DNA of 63,781 bases, filler included, from Phoronis australis (GCA_002633005.1; 8 parts of 8 records of this genome joined end to end with filler, not necessarily neighbours in it); one strand, 5' to 3'. Positions 51,001 to 63,781 are shown, counted from the first letter of the whole stretch. Notes: generated by a model from the sequence alone, not told the origin. Numbers and translations: made by a program.

Positions 51001-52233
51001 TTGCACCATCAGCTGACCAGGTTACCCAATAAGTGTTCCAGGGGCCTGGGGCCAAGAGGTCAGTGAACCCTGTCCCAACTCCCACCTGGCTATAATCCTG
51101 GTATTGCAGCACCAGGCTGCCTGTTGAGTATTTAGCTGCAGCCATTACACAACCACAGTCATCAGTGGCAATGTTTGTTTTGGCTGGCTTTAATAAAAGG
51201 TGGAATTGTTTGCCATTCTCCTTGATTCTAGGCTCCATGCCTCTCCTGATTTTGATTGATTGATGAATCAAACTGGGGGTCATTGACTCTGGCCATGTTA
51301 TCTTATCCACTCTCATGTTAGAGTATTTGGTTCACTTTCAGGTGTCGGTGTTTCCATCTTGGTCAGGTGGAATTTTTGGTGTTCCAGTCACATTTAGCTG
51401 GTTATGCTACTTCTCACTCTCTCTTGAGTGATACCTGTTTACGGTAGTTTGTGGACTTATATTAACAAACGTTCAACCGCTTGCACTTCTTGTTGGACAC
51501 AGAGAGATAAAAGTTCTCATTTGAAAATCACAAGTTGATTGATCTGCTATTGCGTTGTGAAGTAAAATCAAGAGCCATAAATATTTGATAGTATCTGTTG
51601 TTGCCTTGCAGCCCCTGGAATGTAAGGGATTTTTGTTATGGGAACCCCTTTGCATTCACTGGCATTGCCTGTCCCATAACTTTTTTGTTAGCTGTTGTAA
51701 CCAGAGATATGGTGATCTGTCTGGCATTTCCTGAAGTGTTACAGCACACTTCCCACACAAAAGCCAACTGTTGAAAGTATGAATCCATGTAATGTAAAAT
51801 GGACTTGGTTCTTTGCATCAAAATCTCTTGAATTTCAAGCAGCACTTACCGTACTTGCGTTGCAGTATGGCTGAGGTGATGTGAGACTTATGAATTTGTC
51901 ATTTCCTTTGTAGCTAGATATGTTGGTTTTAACTGTCTTGGGTGTCTGAGGTGCATGTGGTCTGCGTTTGGGTATGTTAGCAAGGGAACCTGTTGTTCTT
52001 TTGGTGTTGCCAGTAAATAACTACAAAGACCATCTAAGCCAAGGGTAAAAGGTACCATTCACCCAAGTGTATTGTTCAGTCATAACAATCCCATGCTATG
52101 TTGCTTGATCTTATCCTATCTTTGATATTACTTTCATGCTGTTAAAAAGATGTTTATTGTATTTTTAATGCCAAACTCTCTACTTAGCACATTTATTTAT
52201 GTATTCAATGTTTGTTGACTTTGCCTATTGCAG

Positions 52234-52409
52234 AGGAAGTAGACATCATTGGTTCAGATATCAGTGGAACCAGTGACACTGACGACCACTCAAGTGTGGG
52301 TAGCAATGGCAGTGACGGAGGTTGCACCATCAATACCCGCAAGCTGACACTCATGGACATGTCCATCCAGATCTCATCCCCCGTCAACAAGGCCCACCTT
52401 ATCAGTTAG
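52234..52409 (+). CDS. MXD: Max dimerization protein (Mad/Mxd/Mxi1 family), terminal exon
   Basis: ttgcctattgcag| acceptor. EEVDIIGSDISGTSDTDDHSSVGSNGSDGGC resembles the Mxi1/Mxd C-terminal EVDV..SDxDDHSS..GSDxG motif. The bHLH-Zip exons are not seen in the window. Confidence 0.75.
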
Positions 52410-53197
52410 AGTTGTCCCCCCTGGTAGAAGTCTGACCGCGACGGCGGCAGCAGCCGGTGATGGAGACAGCTCGTGGTTTGCGGTCGCATCNNNNNNNNNN
52501 NNNNNNNNNNNNNNNNNNNNNNNNNNNNNNNNNNTTAATTAATTAANNNNNNNNNNNNNNNNNNNNNNNNNNNNNNNNNNNNNNNNNNNNGTGTGCTATA
52601 TTTTAGGTGGATCCAAAATATTTTAGAAGACCAGAGATTTAAAACTAGAAAAGATGTTGATACTATTGGTTATAAAATCTACTTGTTGTGAGCTTGGAAT
52701 TGGTATGGTTCTTCTGTTCTGACTGGTTCCTAGAGCTGTTACAAATAAATTGTTCCATGTATCGTTTATGTTTGCCTGTTGCCTATTTGTGGGAACTGTC
52801 TAGCTGTGTCTCTGTTCAATAGAAAACTGCATTGGCTCATGTAGATTGCTTTCTTGATGGCCCGCTTTTTAATAAATAAGAGTTGAAATTATCTTTTGAA
52901 TCGTCAAAGTTTGTATTTTCTGTAAGTGGGTCGTGTTTCGCGTTCGTTTACTAGCACTTTTGCAGGACTGTCTTGCAAGTAATGTCCCCAAGAGTTATAA
53001 TCTGAAATGAAAATATGACAAGCAATAAACACTCGATGTACTTGTGACCAGCTGGATAGTTAAAGGGTAAATGGGCGCTTTCTAAAAAGTAAAAAGTTCC
53101 CAGTTTGGAAAAAAGTTGTTGCAATAAATTATTCCTTATAACTGGAATTTAATTTTTCAGCATTCTAAACGATCACCAGCAGGCTGGTCTCGTATCC

Positions 53198-53297
53198 GCG
53201 GCAATTCCCTCAGTGCCGCAATAAAACAAGCGACAATATTCCCTCAGTGCCGCAATAAAACAAGCGGCAATTCCCTCAGTGCCGCAATAAAACAATA
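53198..53297. repeat. Three ~31-33 bp tandem repeats
   Basis: ATTCCCTCAGTGCCGCAATAAAACAA x3. Confidence 0.85.
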
Positions 53298-53379
53298 CAA
53301 TGTGAAAATGCCAATGAGTTCTATTAAATCAGTTTTTGGCCACAATAAGATTAAAAACCGGACAATCGCCGCACAAATA

Positions 53380-54160
53380 AAAAAGCTCATGTTCAATTCA
53401 ACGTTTCGTCTTTTCATTAGACATCATCAGGATCATATTTACAACAATTTAGGACAAGTGCCAACATACAGCTCAGGTAACATCCATAGAGTGAAGTGAG
53501 ATGCATAGAATAAGGTCGGTAGCTGGTCATCACCATAGCTCTGTAACCCTGCATGTTATTCAGAGAATCAGTGGCATGCTAGTTCTGAATGGCCAATGAC
53601 TCTTTAATGTACAGTACCTCCTTATTGGGTTCTCTGCAGATAATACTAACAGAGTTGGCTTGGTGATTGTAGCTAACACAATGCCTATATACGTTACTTT
53701 TCTCTGAGGTGTGATGTTCTTTCAACCTGTCACAGAGGCGTCTCTGTGTGAGTCCTATATAGAATTCCTTACAGTTGTCACATTTAACCTTATACACAAC
53801 ATTGCTCTTGTTCAATAAAGGGATGGGTGACTTCAGGTTACACAGCATATTGGAAAGTTTCCGAAGGGGTTTGAAAACAACTATCAGTTCAACTGCTGGG
53901 TCTATGCAATGAATAAGGTGAGATAATTGGCGTTTCAATTTTATACTACTTGGCCCGGTGTAACCAAGAGAAAAGAAAACTTTCTTTTTCTCGGGTCCAA
54001 TAACAGCTATCTTATCTGCCTCATTCATTTTTGAAAGAAAGTGCCTTTTACAGCTATTCAGACAATTCAGAGGGTAACCATTGGAACGCAATAACTGGAA
54101 AATCATAGCTACGTCACTATCATAATTTTAGTTAGTGGAGCAGATTCTCCAGACACGGTG
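53380..54160 (-). mobile_element. Penelope-like element, inverted 3' part (linker plus GIY-YIG endonuclease)
   Basis: HRVWRICSTN..LLRSNGYP..KSNVVYKVKCDNCKEFYIGLTQRRLCDRLKEH..LYIKESLAI. Confidence 0.92.
53385..53440 (-). ncRNA. Minimal hammerhead ribozyme-like motif in the Penelope 3' UTR
   Basis: CTGATGA-T-GTCT-AATGAAA-AGAC-GAAACGTT: both core boxes, a 4-bp stem II and a palindromic AACGTT, downstream of the GIY-YIG stop. Confidence 0.6.
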
Positions 54161-54572
54161 TTCACCCCAGGGACCAGTGTTAGCTAATATGTTCATGTGC
54201 AATCTCGAGACTGAGGCTCTGGCTAGTTGTCCACCGGATTGTAAACCACAATTTTATCGTAGGTATGTGGATGATACATTTGTTGTGTTTTCATCCAAGA
54301 CCTCAGTCAACACCTTTTTTAATCACATGAACAATATGCATCCGTCCATCAACTTCACCATTGAATCTGAGCGCGAGTCGTGTTTACCTTTTCTAGATGT
54401 CTTGGTTAAACGTGATAATAGCACCGTTGTTACATCTGTGTATCGTAAGCCCAGTTTTTCTGGGCTCTATCTTAAATTTGATAGTTTTGTGCCTATCCAG
54501 TACAAGAGAGGTCTAGTCAATTGCTTGTTACACCGTGCCTGGAGAATCTGCTCCACCAATTTAAATTTTGAT
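54161..54572 (+). mobile_element. Penelope-like reverse transcriptase (5'-truncated), running into the gap
   Basis: SPQGPVLANMFM..FYRRYVDDTF..HPSINFTIE..LPFLDVLV..TSVYRKP..HRAWRICS. Confidence 0.92.
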
Positions 54573-57500
54573 NNNNNNNNNNNNNNNNNNNNNNNNNNNN
54601 NNNNNNNNNNNNNNNNNNNNNNNNNNNNNNNNNNNNNNNNNNNNNNNNNNNNNNNNNNNNNNNNNNNNNNNNNNNNNNNNNNNNNNNNNNNNNNNNNNNN
54701 NNNNNNNNNNNNNNNNNNNNNNNNNNNNNNNNNNNNNNNNNNNNNNNNNNNNNNNNNNNNNNNNNNNNNNNNNNNNNNNNNNNNNNNNNNNNNNNNNNNN
54801 NNNNNNNNNNNNNNNNNNNNNNNNNNNNNNNNNNNNNNNNNNNNNNNNNNNNNNNNNNNNNNNNNNNNNNNNNNNNNNNNNNNNNNNNNNNNNNNNNNNN
54901 NNNNNNNNNNNNNNNNNNNNNNNNNNNNNNNNNNNNNNNNNNNNNNNNNNNNNNNNNNNNNNNNNNNNNNNNNNNNNNNNNNNNNNNNNNNNNNNNNNNN
55001 NNNNNNNNNNNNNNNNNNNNNNNNNNNNNNNNNNNNNNNNNNNNNNNNNNNNNNNNNNNNNNNNNNNNNNNNNNNNNNNNNNNNNNNNNNNNNNNNNNNN
55101 NNNNNNNNNNNNNNNNNNNNNNNNNNNNNNNNNNNNNNNNNNNNNNNNNNNNNNNNNNNNNNNNNNNNNNNNNNNNNNNNNNNNNNNNNNNNNNNNNNNN
55201 NNNNNNNNNNNNNNNNNNNNNNNNNNNNNNNNNNNNNNNNNNNNNNNNNNNNNNNNNNNNNNNNNNNNNNNNNNNNNNNNNNNNNNNNNNNNNNNNNNNN
55301 NNNNNNNNNNNNNNNNNNNNNNNNNNNNNNNNNNNNNNNNNNNNNNNNNNNNNNNNNNNNNNNNNNNNNGTGGAGACGAAATTTGCAATCCACAAGCCAG
55401 TCAGTGCCCTCATCTCATTTTTAATCTTTTCATTGGCTACAATTAGCCTTAGAGTTAGACAAGTAACAGTATACATTGACGGTATTTTTTCACTCAGGGT
55501 GCACACTTTTGTTTCAGAAATGGCATTTTATGAAGTTTTCGTTTCAGCTTTGAGACTTCTTTTATTGGATTCAACATGGTATATGGAATGTCTAGTAAAA
55601 TTTTTGTGAAGTATCCTCATTTAGTTTTTGAGATTTGACCTGTTGAAATAACAAAAAATGTGGGCTGCGGAGAATACATCACTGGTATTGTCACATCCAT
55701 TTTGGACTTAAATCTGGCTTAGGAACAAGAAAATTTATTAGTGACAACTCATGTACTTAATCACTACATCACTATAAAACAAAACTAGGTTCACACCTGT
55801 GTATGCTTCACAAGTGGAGAATACAAATTGTACGTAATCCTTAGACATACTCAGTGCTTTCAGAGTCAAATCAATGTCAAAATGAATGCTTAAATCCATT
55901 AACTACCATCAAGGAAATGCAGGAAAACACTTTTCATCATCAGTAAACATTGCATGCATAAATGTCACATAACACAGAGGTCATGGAGGAGGCTACGGAG
56001 AATATAAAACATGCAGATACCTGTTTATGAGTGGATGAACACTTGAGCAATGCAATAGATTTCATTTACTTGTTAATACCAACACTGAAAACATCCAGGA
56101 ATGCGAGTGTAAGAACGGTAAAAAACTATATAATTACGAAACATTTTAGAGTAGTCCCCTTGCTTTCTCAGTTTCTGTTGACTGAAAGTTGTATCGTTCA
56201 CGCTCATTCATGAGTCTTGGTGGGGTTTGACTGATTAGTGGATTTCTGAAGTTCTTGCTTGTGTATTCTCCGTAGCCCAGGACGTAACATCCAAAAGAAC
56301 CTACCTCAGTAATTCAGTCGTGGTTGTTTATGGTAAGTAGTAAATTTTGAATTTCACCTCATTACATTAAGAGAATTTTCGGATTATTTCAAATTTTGAC
56401 CCACAGAAATGAAAAGATAATGTTGAAAGAGTAATTTTGTAAACTTGCCTCAAATCCTACCCATAAATAAAAAAAATGCTATTTTCATGTGTTGGAGAGT
56501 TTATTTGTCTCCATTTCCTCAGTAAATGCACTTAGGTACAAGTTTTTTCAAACCATGTACTATTAATTCTAAGTTGGGGGTTATGGAGAATACGGGGGCT
56601 ACGGAGAATACGAAAGACATTTTTGCTTATGACCTATTCAAATCCAGGGCTTGGTCTAACAAGTTTTTGTGGGCCAAAGATAGCTTCAAGATTACCAATG
56701 TGTAGAATCAAATAAATCTTTTATTAAAGGAAGAATTTAATGGAATTCATGTAGGGCTACGGAGAATACACAGTTTTTCTTAGGTGACGGTGATATCATT
56801 TGGTTGAGTAATACAATCACCAGAACATCTGATACAAATATGTGGTTTCTAAATCAAATTCTGGCCATCAACCATTAAAAAACACAGTTCAAAAACACCA
56901 GTAATGCTTTTCTTTTTCAGCCATGGATGTAAGAGAAAGAGCACATGCAAATTTAGTGTTTTGCATAACATTGATATTATTTTGCAAGTGGGCCTGAAAA
57001 TTGTGTTTGACTTTTCAGATCCCTAAAGTCACATGAAAAAAAACAAGAAATGCATGTTAAGATCACGAAAAAACAGTGAATTTCAATTAAATGTGTGACT
57101 TAATTAAATGCCATGTGTATTAAAAACATGCAATGCAAAAGTGAAACAAAATAACGACAGATTTCTGGCTATTTTCAGCTATATTAAGGATTACTCTGGC
57201 CATAATTAACATTTTTTCGTACTTTGAAATGTTTAAATTTCATAAGTACTGGTGCTAAACCAAAATCATCATACAAATATCTGCCAGAGGTGAAGGAATT
57301 CTGTCAATATCATGCGCGCACCCAGCATAAAATACAGGGGGACTCGAATTTTTCGATATGCGGACCTTTTACTGGAAGAAAAAAAAACGGGGCCACTAGG
57401 TTCAGGCCCACGCACCGTGCGTCCGCATCGACTTCCCGTGGATTTTGGGGACTTTTGTCTCGTTTACTCTGACTTTTTGTNNNNNNNNNNNNNNNNNNNN

Positions 57501-59069
57501 NNNNNNNNNNNNNNNNNNNNNNNNTTAATTAATTAANNNNNNNNNNNNNNNNNNNNNNNNNNNNNNNNNNNNNNNNNNNNTACTTAGATAGAGCAAAAAT
57601 TTACGATCATTTTTTCTAACCAATCACATCTTTCGACAAATTGTATTTGGTGAGTTCGGTGTAGACGAATCAAACGCACGTTAACTAACTATGCTTGGTT
57701 TGACGAGAAATTCCCCAGCGGTGGAATCTAAAATTCGACCGCGTTTATTGTTTCACATCTTAAATTTTTGATCAATTCCGTAAGATCCAGAACGGTGAGT
57801 ACTTTGGCTCTAGTTGGATATAATGAACTTGGTGAATGCACATTGTCAAGTGTTTCAGCTTTACCAAACCGGACAAACGTTCAATGTTTTAGAGCAGTTT
57901 TCATTTGACCCTGTTCACCAGACGGTCAGTGGTCATGGTGGTTATGCCATACACTCATACAGGGCCGCCATACGTCGAAAGCTGTCCCTCAAATTATGCC
58001 TCACACTGATTATTACTTTAGTACTTTTTGCGCACATGAAAAGACGGGACACCTTAGGATATCGTTGATGTCTTTAACTCTTCCCAGCTTGAACAAATTG
58101 TCAAATACTCCTGCAATCAACCTTTTTTCGAACAATCCTTCGTTTTGTTACCCAAATCGGCAACTGGATATTTTTCTAGAGCTCGTGCCAGGTGCATGTG
58201 AACATGACCTCGTCCTTTTAAGTTAACCAGGCGGAAGGTCAGAGCTAGGGACCCTGTCAGTCAAATGTTGATTTCCAAATGCCTCGGCAATGTCTCCGGT
58301 CCTATGCCTTTACCAGGCTTTACCTATTTGCCTTTACTTGGTGTTATTTCAAATAAGTAGCGACAATGGGTTGTTGTTTGTGTATAGCATTAAAATAAGT
58401 ATACTGGGGAGCCCAATGTTCGTCCGCCTAAGCATAAAACCGACTTGCTGTTGTACTCACCGAATTATTCCACTTCAAAGTTATGATCTGAATAGNNNNN
58501 NNNNNNNNNNNNNNNNNNNNNNNNNNNNNNNNNNNNNNNNNNNNNNNNNNNNNNNNNNNNNNNNNNNNNNNNNNNNNNNNNNNNNNNNNNNNNNNNNNNN
58601 NNNNNNNNNNNNNNNNNNNNNNNNNNNNNNNNNNNNNNNNNNNNNNNNNNNNNNNNNNNNNNNNNNNTGCACTGTGGTTTCCAATAAAAGCCAATTGGAC
58701 AACATTTCAATGCAGTTTAATGGTGAATGCGTGAGGCAAAAATATTAAGAACCCAGTGTATCGCATTTGTCTGCGGATTTTTCCTTTGGCCTTCTAGATC
58801 CTACTAGTGCCTGGGACAAACAGATACATTGCAAAACAAACCCTGGATCATGTTTTGTGTCCCGTCGGAAGAAAATTTAAATTCGAAAACATCTTCTGAA
58901 AACGCACAAAAAAGTGTATTAGTAAAATCTACTGATTTTTAAGTGGTTTTAAAAAACAATCGGTAAACTCACCGATTTTTGTCTCATTACTTTGATACGT
59001 GACTCTTCCGATAAGTTAGTACCTAACGTGCAGACGAGCACTCCAAATTGGAACGCTAAGTCCCGCGTG

Positions 59070-59316
59070 GTTGCGCTGCACGCGAAACAAGATGGCGGAC
59101 GACCTTTGGAGCCTGACGACAATAGGTAACCGGACTATATAAAACAACAGATTGGAAACATAGAAGACTGTTTTATAAACTTAGATGTAAAAACCTTGAT
59201 CTATGCATTTGTTTGTAAAAGAAATCTGTGTGTTGGGGGTTTTGCTGGTGTTGCGCTGCACGCGAAACAAGATGGCGGACGAACTTTGGAGCCTGACGAA
59301 AATAGGTAACCGGACG
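59070..59316. repeat. ~65 bp direct repeat, 180 bp apart
   Basis: GTTGCGCTGCACGCGAAACAAGATGGCGGACGA..GGTAACCGGAC at ~59070 and ~59250. Confidence 0.8.
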
Positions 59317-61110
59317 ATATATTATATGGCTTGGGATTGAAATACGGGAAAAAGTGGAGTAAACTGGTTCTTCTTGAAAATGGCTGCCGGGAACTATTTT
59401 TCACTGAGTAAGGTCAATGTCCGTTATTCAGTGTAAAGTGGTTACCCGTAGCCATTGTGAAGAGGGACCCATTTACTCAACTTTTGCTGTAAAATGATTA
59501 ACTGGAAGAGCTAAGGAGTGTTAAACAGTTGTGGGAAAATGAGCAGACTGGAACCTGCAGTGGCAGTCGCACTGCCAGGTATGATTCTCCGATACATATT
59601 ACTCCCAGTTTGCAGCACAGGCGTCCTCAGCTTCTGATCGTCCCCAATATACTGGTGTTATATGTAGTAAGTGTCCTGGGGACGCGATCAGAAGCTGAGG
59701 ACGCCTGTACTCTGTACTCTGTAGTTTGCAGACGGTTACGTGTCTAAGGAACACTAAAACACGATCAGAAATAACCTAAACGATTGTCCACAGGATAACA
59801 ATATGTCAAGCCGTAGTTCAGATATGGGGCATTCGAGACGCCTCCAAGTCTTCATTATGAAAAAAATACAGTATATTCGACTAGTGTTCACGGTGTTTAC
59901 GCTACAAGGGCGCAGACATCTTGAAACGTGACGTCACGTCACGTTCTTTCTCGCCGACCTGCGTTACTAATGACGATCACAAACATCATGGCGACCTAGT
60001 GCAGTTCGGAGGTGGAAGGTGGGTTGTGAGGAANATTTTGTTGTGTTGCTCTGACCTAATATTTTAAGCCCTAGTTTTTTGTTCATAGTACAATTCCAAA
60101 GATTCCCAATGATACGGATATCAAATAAATTTCTGTACGAAGTCAAATTGGACGGGCACTTGCTACAACCATCTTTAGTGAAGTTGGACAGTGACCACGT
60201 CTCTATCCTAGCCCTAGGCACTATACTGCGTAGCTGAATAGAGACGGTGTAGCTCCTATACTAGCTTCATACATCCGAAGCTTCTCAACGAGTAATGCCT
60301 TAAACTGACTAAAACAACAAGTTCACGTTGTTGGAAGTACATTTTGTGAATAGAGGGACACCTTAGGAGGGCGTTGATGTTTTTAATTCCTTCCAAATCG
60401 AAGAAATACACACCCGTGACCTAAACTCTAAAGTCGTGAATGTAAGCATAATACGCAGCTGATTGTCATACTACCCAATATCCATTAGCAACTGCTCATG
60501 TGATGTCATGGACATATATCAGCCTTCATAAATATACATGTTTTGAAAATCTTAATCCTTGTTTGTCTCCGTAAGCATGTGCAGAGTTTTGAAACAGTCG
60601 CTGATATCGCCAGCCATTTTGAATGAGGCCTTAAAGTCGTGACCGTTTTGTTTAGATGGAAATGCGCGAAGTAAGGCCACACAGGTCAACTACAGTGCTT
60701 ACAGTTACTCTAGCCGACATAAAAATGCATTGCATTGTTTATTAATTCAGTTTCAATTGAAATAATGTTTTGGGTAATAGTCGGATAAGTTGGTCCCATT
60801 TCAAATTCTGTCAGGAATACTTAAAAAATAAAATGAAGTGTCGCAATANNNNNNNNNNNNNNNNNNNNNNNNNNNNNNNNNNNNNNNNNNNNTTAATTAA
60901 TTAANNNNNNNNNNNNNNNNNNNNNNNNNNNNNNNNNNNNNNNNNNNNATCTTAAGTAACAGATTTATGTATCTTCTGTCTATTCCTGACATTTTCCAAA
61001 ACAAAATTGAAAACAAATCAACATCTACCATTTCACAGCTGAGAAGCCCATCTGTTATGTCATTTAAAATTAACTTTTTCCTTTTCTTCAAATTAAATGT
61101 GGATAAAGGT

Positions 61111-61211
61111 ACCCATAGGTGCATAGGCCGAAATACAAAGGCACAACACCCATAGGTGCATAGGCCTAAATACAAAGGCACAACACCCATAGGTGCACAG
61201 GCCTAAATACA
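61111..61211. repeat. 37-bp tandem repeat (~2.7 copies)
   Basis: ACCCATAGGTGCATAGGCC(G/T)AAATACAAAGGCACAAC. Confidence 0.85.
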
Positions 61212-61369
61212 GAAATCGGCAATAACAACAAAACAACAAAAACGTTGCAAGATGTTAAGTGAAATAGCCTTTTGAACCACTCCGTTTCCCTTTTGCCTAG
61301 TGACTTGGGATTATAAACTTGACTTCGCTACTGAAGTATGGAGTAAAGACTACAGTTCCACGGCAAATA

Positions 61370-63178
61370 CAGGTTGGGTCAAAAATGGTACACACTCTGA
61401 CTGTTCACTATCTATTTATGTTGAACATTTTCAACATCGCAAACTTAAAGCAATGTGTGACAGAAACACAAAATTTTTGTTTGATACTGACGCTTTATAT
61501 TTTATCACTTAACACAATTCGGATGACGTTTCCAATCAATGCGCCTCGTCCTGAACTACAGTTGCGACGTGCATATAGAAGTTTGTGATTATGCAGCACA
61601 CATGCCCAGAGGAATTCTTTGAATTTCCTGACAAATGTTTTCTTTCAGAGACTTATTTGTAGATTGTTGCAGTAAACTCTCTCTTTTAGATAACCCTAAG
61701 ACAACATTCACCAGGATAATGATGAGGGGAGTCTGCCAGCCATAGAGTCTGTGCAAAGCAAGGTGGTCAGACAATCGACACTAAGTGATATACAGAAATG
61801 ACAAGGAAATTTATGCCAGCACAGAGGAGTAACCAGGGGATTGGCATGAATATTGACATTTATATAACATACGTCTTTGTACAGCCGTGCAATAACCGTG
61901 TCACGGGTCTGTGCAAAAGCCCAAAGGTTACTGTATTGTCACGTGACCATAAAAAATAACCATGGTCATGTGACCAAAAACAGAACTACTTTCTATGGCT
62001 GGAATTCCAAAGTTTCAACTAGTTCAACCACGGTTTTTGCTGAATATATTACATGAATTTATGTTTACTTTATCTTTCAAAAACTAAACAATTAATACAC
62101 AATTAATACACTGGAGAGCCTTGGTAATTAAAATCCCAAATTCTCCTCACAGTAAACGAACATTTTTTGCCACTTGGCCTTCGTTGTCACTCCTTCCTCA
62201 AACTCGCCCATTCACGACAGCTTTTAAACAAAGCTGGTGAAACTGATCATTGTATACTGCAGTGGTAATGGGAAGAGCTGGATTTGGAGGTGTCACAGTG
62301 TCAGGTAGCCAGTGACATCTATGGGGACCAAGTTAATCAAGCGGAAAGCCAACAATTCATAGAATTGTAAAAATGAGAAAACACTATAAGAAAAAGCTGC
62401 AAGTGACATCAGAATTTTTGAAACCTGACTTTTCAGTGTCATCGTATTCCTACACATATTGGCCAACAAGGAAAAAATTGAGAAAATGAGACTCAGCAAA
62501 GAAATGGGGGGGGGAGATCTTAAGTATGTGGCATAAATATTTTGGCCGATTGAAAATACTCACACGGCGCAGCAATCAAGGCTACTAATACACCCATAGA
62601 ATGTTACAAACCAACATTGCTTGAATGTTTTACTGCAACACTTCCAACGAAAATTCCCTGGAAAAAGTCTCATTTGAAATCACATAGATAACAATGGCGG
62701 ATTTAGAGGGGGGCCAAGGGGGCCATGGCCCCCCCAAAACTCTCCTAGATTCCATTTGGCAGTTCGGGGGTGCGCCGTCTGACGGGCAAAATCCTGTCTA
62801 ATACTCTGCCCTGCCCCCCCCCTCAGTAAAAATTATGGATCCGTCCCAGGACAATCCATGACCGTCTCACAACCTTGATCTATATCCTGCAAGCTATTTC
62901 TTTTGAGCTGCCTAAAAGAGAGTCTACAGCAAGCAAAGAGATTCTGAAGGCAAACAACCCACTGGATATGTGTGAATGAGTTATCATAAACTTGAATGAG
63001 AGCTTAGCAACAACTGTGATTCAGAACCGGCTGTGCATATGGATTGAAAAATGTCATTAATTATTGAATTACCACAAAATAGGTGACTATGACTATCAAA
63101 GAAAAATTTAAAGCTTCTGTGATATATATTTGAACATAAAAATTTGTCTACAATCAGTAACATTTTTGACCCACCCTG
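61370..63178. mobile_element. Tc1/mariner-like non-autonomous element with a nested hAT-like MITE
   Basis: TA|CAGGTTGGGTCAAAAATG..CATTTTTGACCCACCCTG|TA. No transposase ORF inside. Confidence 0.55.
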
Positions 63179-63502
63179 TATTAGGAAACAAAGAGCACCA
63201 ACTAGAGATAAAAAGACAATGGCAAATAAGATAACATGCATGGTAACTGCTACCCACTGTTGCAAAACGAATACTTTTCAAACAAATATTTGCAGACAAC
63301 TGCGACCCTACCAACAGATAATAGGGTTTTTACCCAGTAATGACTCATGTAATACTTTGTGTAGGGAACATAAATAAAAGTGTTTTGCACCAAATCGAGC
63401 TTGACTCCCCAAGTTGAGTCAAATAACAGTTATCGGATTCAAATGATTAGTGGTGGTTGGTGACCAGCTAAACAGCGAAAATTATATGAGTAGTCAAATT
63501 GT

Positions 63503-63675
63503 CTAAGTAGAAGTATCTGGCCTGGCAGACATTTCTTTAATATCACCGTCCGTCTTTGATTTCGACACAGAAGTTGACTGGATAGTATCATCTTGGCTGG
63601 ATGTTGATGGTGCAAGGGAGAACTTGTTTGAAAAACGGGACAGCATTCCTTCACTGCGGCTCTGAGAGACTGCAC
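63503..63675 (-). CDS. Probable terminal exon of an unidentified gene lying to the right of the window (Ser-rich tail)
   Basis: cttatttcag| acceptor, then an open frame AVSQSRSEGMLSRFSNKFSLAPSTSSQDD...PDTST*. No recognisable domain. Confidence 0.4.
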
Positions 63676-63781
63676 CTGAAATAAGCATCACCTAATTGTT
63701 GTACGTGGACCAATGCAGAAAACTTGTTCCACTAACACATGTTCTAATATATCAAATAAACACAGAAAAATCAGGAACCCC

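Noticed and set aside
54467-55506. Long ORFs made mostly of X
   Set aside because: Artefacts of N gaps. Only 54161-54572 is real RT sequence.

Overview
AT-rich, intron-containing, repeat-dense invertebrate animal DNA from a draft scaffold. Several contigs are joined by N-runs with a TTAATTAATTAA linker, so adjacency across those joins is unproven. Host genes read by hand-splicing: (1) a 4-exon FAM111-like trypsin-fold serine protease with intact H-D-S triad (minus, ~19.7-24.3 kb); (2) the terminal SEFIR exon of an IL-17-receptor-like gene (plus, 28.5-29.3 kb); (3) at least 5 exons of a Pro-rich/Tyr-motif/coiled-coil/SAM adaptor resembling GAREM (minus, 31.5-38.9 kb); (4) the last exon of a Mad/Mxd/Mxi1 gene (plus, 52.2-52.4 kb); (5) a probable terminal exon of an unknown gene near the right end. 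The rest is mostly mobile DNA and relics: an intron-interrupted Merlin/IS1595-type transposase, decayed C2H2-finger, THAP and HIRAN-like fragments, a locally amplified block of ankyrin-repeat and OB-fold pseudogenes with Penelope fragments (8.3-16.1 kb), an inverted Penelope element with a hammerhead-ribozyme-like motif, an Academ-like element with TIRs and TSD, Tc1/mariner-, Harbinger- and hAT-like MITEs, and minisatellites. There are no prokaryotic operons or CRISPR arrays. All family assignments come from motif recognition, not database searches.
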